Positions 39,204 to 51,200 of a stretch of DNA of 64,000 nucleotides are shown here, one piece after another; the first letter of the stretch is position 1, and the number at the start of each line of letters is the position of its first letter. The notes under the pieces were generated by a model that was not told the origin of the DNA, did no database searches, and saw nothing but the letters and a program-made list of their open reading frames with translations. The translations under genes were made by a program, and so were the position numbers. Source of the DNA: Tubulanus polymorphus (lineage: Eukaryota; Animalia; Nemertea); the NCBI RefSeq assembly GCF_964204645.1, contig NC_134029.1, positions 20,764,950 to 20,828,949 on the forward strand, in the 5' to 3' direction.

Positions 39204-41871
39204 GGGAGAATATTGTCTAATTTTACTTTTTTGTCATTTTCACCGTCTAATTTTTAAAAGTTTATTGTAGTTTTTCTCGAGTATGTCTGAAATCAAAGTA
39301 CATAATTGGGAAATTCGATTCCGGTTCATTCAAACTATCTTCCAATCAGTCTGAAACGGCAAGCAGAAGAAAAGAGCAGAACCTTTTGAGCAGAAAATCC
39401 TTTCAAATATCAATGATCATAATCATCATGTCAATTCATATATAAGATCAGCAATGTGGATCGATATGTAGATTTTAATAATAGTCTTACCGGTAAATGA
39501 TATCTATGAAATTGAACTCATATAGTAATTCATCTATATTCTAAATATCTAAGCAATGGTTGATTATTATAGTTTAACAACAATTCAAATAAAGCATCTA
39601 TAGTCATCTCTAGGAATACCAGAGTTACAACAAATTTAGTAATCCATAATCAATCTTATCAAATCGTTTTTGAACTGTTTTCTCTTCTATCTTCTTGAAA
39701 TTCTTGATGTGTCTTTTATTGAAACCCAGGCCCATCATACAGTGCAAACCTGCTAGTAATATTGGCATATATATATTTCGATTGTCAGCTAAACCATGTT
39801 GGTATTATCAAATTTACTTCATCGTCAGTTAATAAACTTAAGGGATGTTTTCTACCCACAGATGGCGACATCTGTACCCAGTGAATGGTATTCTAATCCA
39901 TTTCATTAATTCTAAATATTGCTCCTAAATTATACAATGATTTTGTAATTATGATAATATAACTAACTGAAGAGTGAGTGCGCTGCCAGCATTGAGCACA
40001 CTGATCCTATAAGTAACATGGTCCTACAGATTTAAGAAACCTCGAATCATTCCCACAACTCGACAAATCCAGAATTCTGCAAAGCCTTAAAGATTCAATA
40101 AATCCCACGCACAAGAGACAGAGTTAAAACATACCCAGTATTCTTTATATATCAATCAATATCAATATTAAATAATACAGTTGTCTTATCAACCCCTATG
40201 GTTTAGATTTGAGCACTTTTACCTTATATGAAGATGCTGAATTAGATACCTAATCAATTAGTTAATTGATAATGTCCTAGCTATAATTGAAATTGTCTCG
40301 GACAATATTTTATATGGGGCTTGAAATTTCTACACGAGAAGAATTTCAGATCCGGTACGAATTTGAATTAATCACTATTTGAACTGCTAATTTTGCATCA
40401 GAGCTTTTGATACCTAGCTAAACTAACCCAGAATCCCCCAAAACCTAACTGATTCAACAGATCCCAAACACACACATGTGGCCCAGTTAGACGCAGATGA
40501 CATTGTGCGATACAGTTGTCTCATCCACTGTGCAATTTTGAATAAGTTTCACTTATATTCATTACATTGAATTAATTTTAATTAAATTCTAGGTATCTAA
40601 GCGAACCATTAATTAGTAATCATACTAGCTATATTTTAGTTGTCAGTTGAACAATATTTATATGGAGCCTGAAAATCTACATGAGTAGAATTTCAGATGT
40701 GGTGAATTAGTCACTATTTGAATTCATCAGAAATTAAAGATAAAAAAGCATATTTTTAGTTGTAAATTAGAAATTCCCTTAGCCGAATGGCTATATAATC
40801 TTTATTTCCCTTATATAGTACACTGTGTATAAGGACCAAAAGACCTTGTTATGACAGGACCTCCCTGGTGCGGTGCGAGTCATAATGCTAGAAAATAGTT
40901 TGAAGGAGGGGAGTTAGTAAAAGAGAGCTATTAGCAAGAGGAATAAGACCTAAGTTTAGGATATCCTGTCAGAATAAGGCTTTCAATCTGACATACACAG
41001 TGAAATTGAAATATTCCCCTTCCAAATCCAGGAATGTATTTGTGCACAGATTCGATCGGAAGTAAATCTGCGTTAAATGATTTTGGCAATATGTATCAAA
41101 ACTAACACAGCTGTATGAAGACACCATAGGTTCACTTAGATACAGATAAATAAATGTGCCTCAATCTTTATAAATTTATCAATATATTATTTGTAAAGAA
41201 AAATCTATTAACCGACGATAAAGTTTAATTGATATATCTTTAGGTAAAGCCGGCCTAAATGTATATGGGGCCTTGAAATATCTACACCAAAAGAATGTCT
41301 AATCAAACATTACAAGATATTGAATGATTGCTAATTAGTAAATTGTCCTATCTATATCTTGATTGTCAGTTAAACAATAGTCATATGAGGCCTGAAATAT
41401 CTACGGTACATTCGAATAATTTCAAATGTCACATAAGATATTGAATTTACCTTAATTGTACGTACTTGCAAAATCTTTTAATCAATAACTGACCAATCTA
41501 CATTTTAATTATCAGACCAAAGAATATTTAAGGGACCTCACTCAATCATTTCGTCTAATATTGTAAATATTCAAGCAATCATTGCCCTAGCTATATTTCA
41601 ATTTACTTTTAACAATATACCGGCCATAGAGCTTCAATAAAGTAGTGCGGGGATGGTGAGCTTGAAATGAGTAAAAGAACGATATTCTGTAGTTACACAA
41701 TCCTTTCTGTATCATACATCGTAATTTACATGTGTATCAACTTAACTTTTAATATTGCTGAGTTCAGTGTTCTTCTTTCGCCATCTTCTTCTTTGTAGTC
41801 GCCTTCAACATCTTCTTCTTCATCTTGGGAGACCTGAAATGAGAAAAAAAGAGAAGAGCGATGAAAACCTG

Positions 41872-42120
41872 GTACGGAACAAAACTAATGTCTGAAAGCT
41901 TTTCAGCTCTCCGTCGCCGGTCACATGCCGAGAACACCAGACAAAGAGCCAGCCAGGAATATACTGCCCTCTACACGCCCTCACACAGAACACGAAAACC
42001 AGGATGACGACGCCTTACTTTCACCATTTACCGACAGGGTGTGCCAGGTGACGTCAGTAACTGACAAACCTATCAAATTGCCCAAGCCAAAAATAGGGCA
42101 GCGCAACTGGATTGCCCGCA
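41872..42120 (+). mobile_element. RTE-like LINE 3' fragment (copy 1)
   Basis: Inverted homolog of 42432-42670; frameshifted (..AGHMPRTPDKEPARNILPSTRPHTEHENQDD). Confidence 0.55.
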
Positions 42121-42435
42121 CTAGCACTCAAAGGAAGACAAGACTTAATCCATGCCCGAAGCAACCCACAGGGAATCAATGAATACTAACACTCAAAGGA
42201 AGACAGGGAAATTAATCCCTGCCCGAAGCAATCCCTTAAAAGGAATCAATGAATGCTAGCACGCAAGCGATCCTGCAGTGAATCAATGAATCCTAGCACG
42301 CAAAGGAAGACAGGGAAATTAATCCCTGCCCGAAGCAATCCCTTAAAAGGAATCAATGAATGCTAGAACGCAAAGGAAGACAAGACCAAATCTTTGCCCG
42401 AAGCAATTCCTGAAAAGGAATCAATGAATACTAGT
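42120..42435. repeat. ~65-70-bp minisatellite, 4-5 copies
   Basis: CTAGCACGCAAAGGAAGACA...TGCCCGAAGCAATCCC..GGAATCAATGAAT repeated. Confidence 0.85.
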
Positions 42436-42670
42436 CCAGCGTTACCACTCCACTTTTAACCCGTGCAATCCGACTGACTTGCCCGTCATTGACGTCACCA
42501 AGCACACTCTGTTGATACGTGGGTAGAGTGAGGCCTCGTCATCCTGGTTTTTGTGTTCCGTATGAGGGCGTGTAGAGGGCAGCCATTTCCTGACCAATTC
42601 TTTGTCTGACATCCTCGACACGTGACCGGCGAAGGAGAGCCGACGCTTTCGGACATTAGTTTTGTTCCAG
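42432..42670 (-). mobile_element. RTE-like LINE 3' fragment (copy 2)
   Basis: Translates VRKRRLSFAGHVSRMSDKELVRKWL, resembling the RRLRWAGHVxRM C-terminal motif of RTE-clade ORF2. Confidence 0.6.
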
Positions 42671-44207
42671 CAAATGTTGAAATTCGACAAAGAAATCGGC
42701 CCTGAAAAATAGAACGAATTAGACCCTGAAAAATAGAACGGATTAATTAACACGAAACAGTACAGGACAGCACAGAGACGAACAGTAACACATAAAACAT
42801 AAAGACGTCGTTCCTCAGGAAGCAGGAACAGGAGCGCAGCGAAGATCGCCAGGAGAATCCACGGAAGCATGTCTGCACAGTGTGAGAAAGCGGAGGTGAA
42901 TAAATTCCTATGCTTACACACTGTGGTCAGCCGGTGACGTATTCCAATTGTGATCAATAGCGCGTGTGAAAACTCTGAAAAACCGCAATTGTGTCTCTTT
43001 ATTGTCGAATGGAGTTATCGAAGGTTCAACTGCCGGGTTGAATACGCGCCAGTAGCCAGCTGAACAATCGTGGAACTTAAATAAGGCCATAAAAATAAAT
43101 TACTCGATTCCCAACAGCTCCCTCTCCTAATTTAGCCGCCAACCGGTTTTTTCCTTAAACTTTAGAATAATTTATTGAAATCGAAGAATAAAAACGTTAA
43201 CATTTATTGGATGTCGAAAACCTCTGGCTTTAAATCTCATAAATGCATAGCTTCCCCGAAGTGGTGACATGAATAATTCAAATTCCAAGTTCAAGGCTAA
43301 ACAAAAGTGAAACTTTGTTTCTTCGCAACGGCTGGGTCATTGTTGTTAGATATAATGAAATTTGTACCGGTAATCAGTTCCTGCTGGGTCTTTTTTTTAT
43401 AAGGTTATATTGTAAAATTGATCACGATTTTAAAAACAGTAGGCCAACAGGCCCGTCTGTCAATAGAGGGGAGACATATAGCACCGATCCTCTGAAATTC
43501 TGCCAAAAACTTCTTTACCATTCATAATCTGAAAAAAAGATTTTTCTTTAATTTTTGGAGTAAACTGTAGTTAGTTACCTAATCGTTGGTGGTAAGCTTT
43601 TTATAATCGGATTGGCTTATACCAACAATATGTGGTTTGTGAAAATATCCGATTGTGAAACTAAACCACAGACAGGTTACTGACTAATTAACATATTAGA
43701 GTAAACTGGTAAATGTAAGTAAGTCGTAACGTATTGAAGTCGTAATTCGTAAAACGTAACTCATAATTCGTAACTCGTATGGCCCTTGAGGAATTCCATC
43801 CCTACCGATTGGAAAGTAGGTCTAAAAAGGATAAGAGGAGCCCGTAAAAATTAATCTAATTTGTGAATATTGTGGGGTTCGAACTTGTTGATCATTTTTT
43901 CGTGAACCCGGAAATCAAATGATTTCTTCACTTGAAAACAGATAAAAAGGCAAAATCACAGATAATTCTATAAATAGAATCTATTTTAGATGTAAAATGA
44001 AATGGGTTTCTTTTTGAATTTCCTTTTTCTAATATGCAATGTGGTCCAAAGCCACAATCTCTGCCGATATTTGTCGAAATGTGTGCATGGAATGTATCAA
44101 ATCAATACAAATCAATGGAACTGGTTTTATTGCAATATATTATGATTGTGAACTATTCTATTTCTATTTAGTGACGCTGTACGAAATAAGCGAAAACAGC
44201 TCGTAGA

Positions 44208-46914
44208 ATGGGTGAAATGAAGCGTTCACGTGATTACTTGAGTTTCAGAGAGTCTGTACCTCAGAAAAAAGTATGTTAGTTAAATAGTAAATAGGATAGA
44301 AATCCTACTCTATTAGCGGAGCTCACCTGACCTACAACTCAGAGTTGATTTAATTCATTTTCTAACCACTCTCTTCAATGATATTCCACCAATTTTTGTG
44401 GTGAAGATTTAATTGTTCAATAGCCAAGGCTAAGTGACATTGGCTAGCCAATAGGCCAATAGGTCTGAATACCAGACGTTAGAGTTCCCTCGAACAACGT
44501 TTGTGGAACGGCGGCTAGGTACTAGACTAGCCCTAGTCTTAATGTTTTACCATCTCTCAAATGAAATGTTTGTGTAACTTATATATTTTTGTGTAGATGA
44601 TGCTTTATTCTATTTATTTTTAAGTTATGCATTGACGATGACTCTGGTAAGGAATGGGTATTATACGATTCAGGACCGAAGAATGTACGGTGTCCTTTGA
44701 TATGTCTTCCTCCGGTCAGTGGTACTGCAGACGTATTCTTCAAACAAATGATCGCATTATCAGCTGTAGGATGCCGCGTTATTGCTGTAAGTCTTTTCTC
44801 ATATTAGAATTTAGAGGGAAATTCAAGGGAGATTCAAGCCAAATCAGATATAGTATACATTCATGTTGCCTTTCCATATTGTAACCCTTACTTCACCCAT
44901 TAATACCACTATAATCGACTTGTAGATATAGACCCTGACAGGGCTGGATCCAGAAATTTGGAAGGCATGGTCCAGTACGAAAGAAAACTAAGGCATTACT
45001 TGCATTAAGCCATGTCAAAGGCCACAAGCAGGGTCCCACCCTCGGCGTTAAGATATCTTAGAGAAATACATCCTTGAGGATGAAAATTCCTAGGATGAGT
45101 ATCAAATTTGCCGGTTTTAAGTAGGACAACCTCAATGGGAAGGCAGAGGTCCATACTTCCAAGACCGCCCTCTAAATCCACATCTGCCTGATCTCATGTG
45201 GGAACAATTTCTGGATATTTCATTTGTGAGCGAACAGTGTAATATCTTAAGTTTTTTCTTGGACTATTTTTGTAGGTCGAGTATCCTGTATATTGGTCAA
45301 TTGGAGAGTGGTGCGAAGGATTTCGCAAGTTATTGGATTATTTGCATCTCGACAAGGTGAGATAGAATGAATGAAACCTAAAAATGTTCGATACCAGAAT
45401 AATCATAAACAATGTACCGGTATATTTTCAATTTCAATTATATTTCAGGTGCATGTTTTTGGTGCATCTTTAGGAGGATTTTTAGCTCAGAAATTTGCGC
45501 AATATACATGCAAGTCGCCGCGAGTTCATTCGTTATTGTTGTGCAACTCATTCGTAGATACATCCGTATTTCAGCAGTCAACGACTGCTCACAGGTAAGT
45601 TAGGCAAAAAGCCTTTCTCTTAGTAGAGTGTGGTAACCCCACAAGTTTGATTGACTTTTTTTCGCTTACTGGCATCACTTGACTCGGTCAGGGCACGAAA
45701 CCCTGATTAGCCTGAGTGCGAAGGTACATGCACAGGTTGGCTGTGCCAATCAGATTGTCTGTTGTTTAATCGCTGAAGCAAAATTCATGAAAAACTATGA
45801 ATAGAATAATCTGGACTAGAATAAAATGACCAAATGATGACAACATCTAAGCGTCTGCTCACTCGGGTCATGGTTTCATGCAGTCTTGATGCCATCAGGT
45901 TCGAATCCCTGCTGAAAGAGCTTATTCTGATGCAGAAAGCGCAGTATTTTATTGTCTAAGCAGAAAATTTTGATTCTATTAACAGCTTCTGGTTGATGCC
46001 AGCGTTACTTTTGAAGAAGATGGTGATGGGAAATTTTGATACTGGCATCGTCGATAAAGACATCGCGGACTCAATTGATTTCATGGTGGATAAGGTAAAT
46101 AAACACTTACGCAAGAGTCTGATTTCAGTGGGTTGTTGGTTATGAATATCGTATCAGTTTTCCAGTACTTGAGTTAAGCTTCATATGCTATGTTCTTTTT
46201 CTATAGCTGGACAGCATGTCACAACAAGAACTCGCATCAAGGCTCACTTTAAACTGTTTGAATTCATATGTCGAACCGCAAAAAATAAGCAATGTCCCCG
46301 TCACATTGATGGATGTAAGTTGAAATGAAATTTTGGCTAGTGCAGTCTTCTTTGGAAGATATTCAAAATTTCTATCTAGTCTGATTTTGAGTAAGACGTT
46401 TACAGGGTGGCCACTTACGTGGAAAGCTTGGAAAAGTCAGGGCATTTTCTTTTCTTTAAAAAAGTCGGAATAATCAGAACATTTTGTAAAAAGGCTAAAA
46501 ATCAAGGAAAATTCAAGGAAATTAATGTTGAGATTGTTAGATGGCATATAAAATCAAACAATCAAACAAGGGAAACATGTCAGCAAATCAAATAAAAGTG
46601 GCAACCCTGTCTAAGGAAATAGTCCGGGAAAATTTGGGGGAACAGCAAATCAAAAAATGGCCGACCTGGTTTACTATGGAAATATTTGATGGATTTATTA
46701 TCGTCTGTTGTAGGTATATGATGAGAGTGCACTTTCACAGCTGGTTAGAGAAGAAACTTATAAATGTTATCCCGATGCCAAACGTGCGCATATGAAATCG
46801 GGCGGCAACTTTCCGTATTTGAGTCGCGCCGATGAAGTCAACTTGTACATACAAATTCACCTACGACCATTTGCGGAAACTAAATACAGCGCTATGGATC
46901 AGATATCCGATTAG
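44208..46914 (+). CDS. SPG21: Maspardin (alpha/beta hydrolase fold)
   Basis: [69 protein letters not shown]. Approximate exons: 44208-44270, 44625-44786, 45276-45356, 45449-45594, 45985-46093, 46207-46314, 46713-46914. Confidence 0.96.
45664..45915 (-). mobile_element. Diverged, reversed copy of the 20102-20439 long-TIR element
   Basis: Shares GGCACGAAACCCTG, GATGCCATCAGGTTCGAATCCCTGC and the reverse complement of the internal ..CAATCTGATTGG segment. Confidence 0.7.
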
Positions 46915-48268
46915 AATTTAAGTCCCATCTCTACTGAACTCGAGAGATCTTATGTATGCATGTATTTGAATGTAAAACATCTTTAGCGCTCAATAGATGT
47001 ATTTATCGATGATAAAATCTATTTTTCCAACTGGAGACTAATTTTGTATACATGTAGATTAAAATTGAACGATATATCTCGAAATAATGCATTCAAGAGG
47101 CAAGCAACTTTTGTCGAGATCAAAGTAAAACCATCTACTAAGGAGTTATTCACGATGAGCCAATTTTGACTACGGTACTTTGAGAGTTCAATAGAATTAG
47201 CTGATTGTGACTCGGCCCTCATCTTCTGCGGAACTTGATTATTATAAATCGTAAATGTTTTAATTGCATGTAACCTGTTGAATATTGAAAGCATTATTGT
47301 TCGTGGTATACTGCTTTTGCATGCCCAGATCTGGATTTAGTTATCGCTGGTGTTAATGCATGAACTGAAAAATTTGTCGAAGGAACAGTTTCATTGGTCA
47401 GTTTTGTTGAAATTTTTCTGTGTAGCGAACATAAATGTACGATTTGAAAATCACTTATCTAGAAGTTTACCTCAGTACGGTAATTTCTTTCAATTCAACA
47501 AAAGAGCTTACTGGCGCTCTAATCAGGTGAATGAAAATTAAAATTGAAAAAATAGTTCCTTTAGTCATTTAACAAAAGTAAAGATACCAATACATGTATA
47601 TGCAGGCTCGTATATGCATTGAGCATTTAGGTTACTATTTGAGTTTTCCTAAATGTATAATTTTTGTTCACAATACATATTTGTGCATTTTGTATAGAAG
47701 CCAAGTTTGCTCGAAATGAACATGTAATGTTCGTGCCTATTACATAAAAATCATTGATTGGTGCTAAAAAGGAAACTTGTGATAGAATCGTGTATATTTA
47801 TATTGTATATTAAATGGAAATTGATTGAATAAATAAATGGTTAAATAATGAAAAGCTATGTTGTTTTCACGAATGATTTAAGAAATATAGGCTAGAAAAA
47901 GTCTCGATATACTCCATGTCAAAATGATAGTCACATGTCTCCATGGTGGTGGGGGGACATCTTATTTTAGTCAGTATGTGCTGTCTGCCATCCTCTCGAG
48001 ACCTTAGTCTGTAATTCTTGATGGATTTCCCTGAAACTTGCTCTGTGGATTGAGACACCGGCTATTGAAAATAATACCGGTACTCCCAAATCAGTGATTC
48101 ATAAACCAGATATGTTGACAACTATCTATAATTTATTAAAATCAGGATCAACAAAATTAAAAATACAGACAAAATACACATTTTGTGTATATAATATGAA
48201 TAAGTAAATAATTGGTTTCTGGACGGATGTTTTGCGGATGGTTTTTAAGTATCACAGTCATATTTGAT

Positions 48269-51200
48269 TCAGGTTAAATCACCCTTCATTTGATTCAATT
48301 TAAGAGCTCTCATACGAGCTTTAATCTTCAACGCTTTGCGATAATCCTTGATGGCGATTTCTTTCAGTCCTTGTTTCCCTCTGACATCTGCTCTACGCAT
48401 GTAAACGACTGGATCGTCTGGCTGGATTGAAAGGGCTGAAACAAAAGGGGCAGTTTTTAACCAGATTTTTCATCAGGTATAATAAAGTTCACCTCAATTA
48501 TGAAGATGGCAAGGGGGTAAAGGTGAATTTAATGATAAATGACCTACAGTTATTTCTCATGAAAAAGCGCCATAAACGTAAACCCCTTTGAGCCTTACGT
48601 GAGGGCCTTGTGCATGGGTCTAAACCTCTGAGCCTTACATGAGGGGCATGTGCATAGGTCTAAACCTCTGAGCCTTACATGAGGGGCATGTGCATAGGTC
48701 TAAACCTCTTTGAGCCTTACATGAGGGGCATGTGCATGAGCTAAACCTCTGAGCCTTACATGAGGGCATGTGCATAGGTCTAAACCTCTGAGCCTTACAT
48801 GAGGGGCATGTGCATAGGTCTAAACCTCTTTGAGCCTTACATGAGGGGCATGTGCATAGGTCTAAACCTCTTTGAGCCTTACATGAGGGGCATGTGCATG
48901 AGCTAAACCTCTGAGCCTTACATGAGGGCATGTGCATAGGTCTAAACCTCTTTGAGCCTTACATGAGGGGCATGTGCATAGGTCTAAACCTCTTTGAGCC
49001 TTACATGAGGGGCATGTGCATAGGTCTAAACCTCTTTGAGCCTTACATGAGGGGCATGTGCATAGGTCTTAACCTCTTTGAGCCTTACATGAGGGGCATG
49101 TGCATGGGTCTAAACCTCATTGAGCCTAACATGAGGGGCATGTGCATAGGTCTAAACCTCATTGAGCCTTACCTTTTGTGAAATCTTGTTCAGCTTTGTC
49201 GTACTGTTGAAGTGAAGAATAAAGGTTTCCACGGTTGAGATACACGTGTGAAGACATCGGCATCAGTTGTACCGCGCAGATGAAATCCTTCATAGCACCT
49301 TCATAATCCCGAAGGAATGTTCGAGTAATCGCTCTGTTCAAGAACGCGCCTTCATCTTTAGGATTAAACTGCAGTGCTTTATTGTAGTAACGCTCTGCCT
49401 ACAATTAAAAAGGACGAAGATTGAAAAATTGACGATTACTTTGTCAAAAAGTACCAGGGGCCAGTTTTATGTACTGGTATCAAATTTAACCTAGGATTTA
49501 CTTAATTCATTTCCAATAAATAATTAATAACAAAAACTTAATATCATTCAAAGCTCTATAAAAAATATGAATTTTTTTTAACAGAAAACAGCGACTACCG
49601 GTAATCATAAAACTCTTTGAATAAAAATATTTTTTAGAATGAGGTGCCGAGACAGAAAATGATCGAGAACCATAGAACTCTGTTCGATAATGCGGTTCAA
49701 TAAGACGAATTTCAGATGATTGTCTTGTAACCCTAGCCAAATATCGAATCAACTGAGTTCACCCCCATAGTTTAGTTAATACCAGTCTACAAAACCGAGC
49801 CTTCCTTGTCGCTGATTTTTTCTCCTGATCCTTTACCTGTTTAAACTGTCTCATATGGAAATAGATATTGGCGGCGTTGAAGTAAGCGAGTGAATAAGTA
49901 GGATCTATCGTTATAGCTCGTTGGTAATCTCTCATCGCGTTCACCGGATCTTCCGTAAACTGATAAATAACGCCTCGATTCGTATAGATCTCCGCGGTTC
50001 CCAACACGGCTAACGAAGCGTTGATATCCTGCAGCGCTGCGAACGTATCTCTCATTTGCAAATTGATAACTGCTCGTCCTTCGAAAGCTGGCTGATATTC
50101 TACAATGCAAAAAATGTATATCGCAAATGTACGATGAATCACTGCTTGCTTTGGATCTTGCAGAAACAACTCATTTTCTCCAAGGCAACTGAATTCCCTT
50201 GGCAGCCGGAGTAACAATGCATTGTCATCACAATTTTCAATACATTCTGTCTGGGGTATGCAATAACCTGAGGCAAGGGGTTCCATTGCAATGAGTCTAC
50301 AGCATACCTAGCTATCTCCGGAGTTTAGGAAATTCACAGTCTGACTAGAATGGCATCTTAAAAATTATCTTTTCACAGGGTTACACCAGTATCGGTGTGG
50401 TGTTTCTCACGGATTCTTACTTACTTGGATTTATATTTATAGCAATAGTGAATTGGGTCCACGCTTGCATAAATTGACCGGTCATCTCTAAACTGTAGGC
50501 GAGGTTCACTCGCGCCGGTAGATACAGAGGATCGAGCTTTATACACCGTTCATAATCATGCCTGAAATACATCACACAATGTTCAATCCATTCCCGGGAA
50601 AATTCGTCGTCATTGTTTTCGTCGGTTTACGGTGAAGATTTCTATAGCCTACCTTGCACATGCGACTCCAGTGCGAGTACCAAAATCAAGGAATGCGTTT
50701 CCACGTCCCATGTAGGCATCGAGGAAGAACTGTTCCAACTCGATAGCTTTCGTGAAAGCACGAATCGCTTCTTCCAATCGTCCAAGTCTGAATGAAAACC
50801 GTAGCAAAATACTTAATAATCGTATCATTTGCTAATTGATAAGATGTGTCGCTGTTTCACCAATATTTCTTACTTGTGATAGCAAAGTCCGAGAGTGTGG
50901 TAGAGATGTACATCTTTCGGCTGCAGTTTGCAGGCGTAATCAAAATCGTACAGAGCATTGTTGTAATCTCCGTTTTCGAAGTACAATAAACCACGATTTA
51001 TCAGCACCTACGTATGTACAAAATCACAAATCACAACCGTTGCAAAATAAAGACTTGAACTAAAGAAGGAGATTTGAGTAGATTGAGAAGAAAGAGGCGA
51101 ATTTACCCTAAGTATCATGTCACTATCTAACAGTAGGACGATACCATAATCAACTAACGCCTGTAAGTATAAGGAAAACCGGTCTAGAAAACTTGCATGT

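Noticed and set aside
39345-39430. Minus-strand ATGATGA...CTGA box C/D snoRNA candidate
   Set aside because: No terminal stem or recognisable rRNA guide; the 3' part is better explained as a polypyrimidine tract and acceptor.
40843-40855. ACCTTGTTATGAC resembling the U13/SNORD13 18S antisense element (of interest because NAT10 is nearby)
   Set aside because: No box C upstream or box D downstream at suitable spacing. I also saw no U13-like sequence in NAT10 introns, though an Infernal search would be needed to exclude snoRNAs.
48635-49181. Cys-rich metallothionein-like ORF (CTCPSCKAQR repeats) and its antisense ORF
   Set aside because: Both are translations of the intronic minisatellite; unit lengths of 39-42 bp shift the frame.
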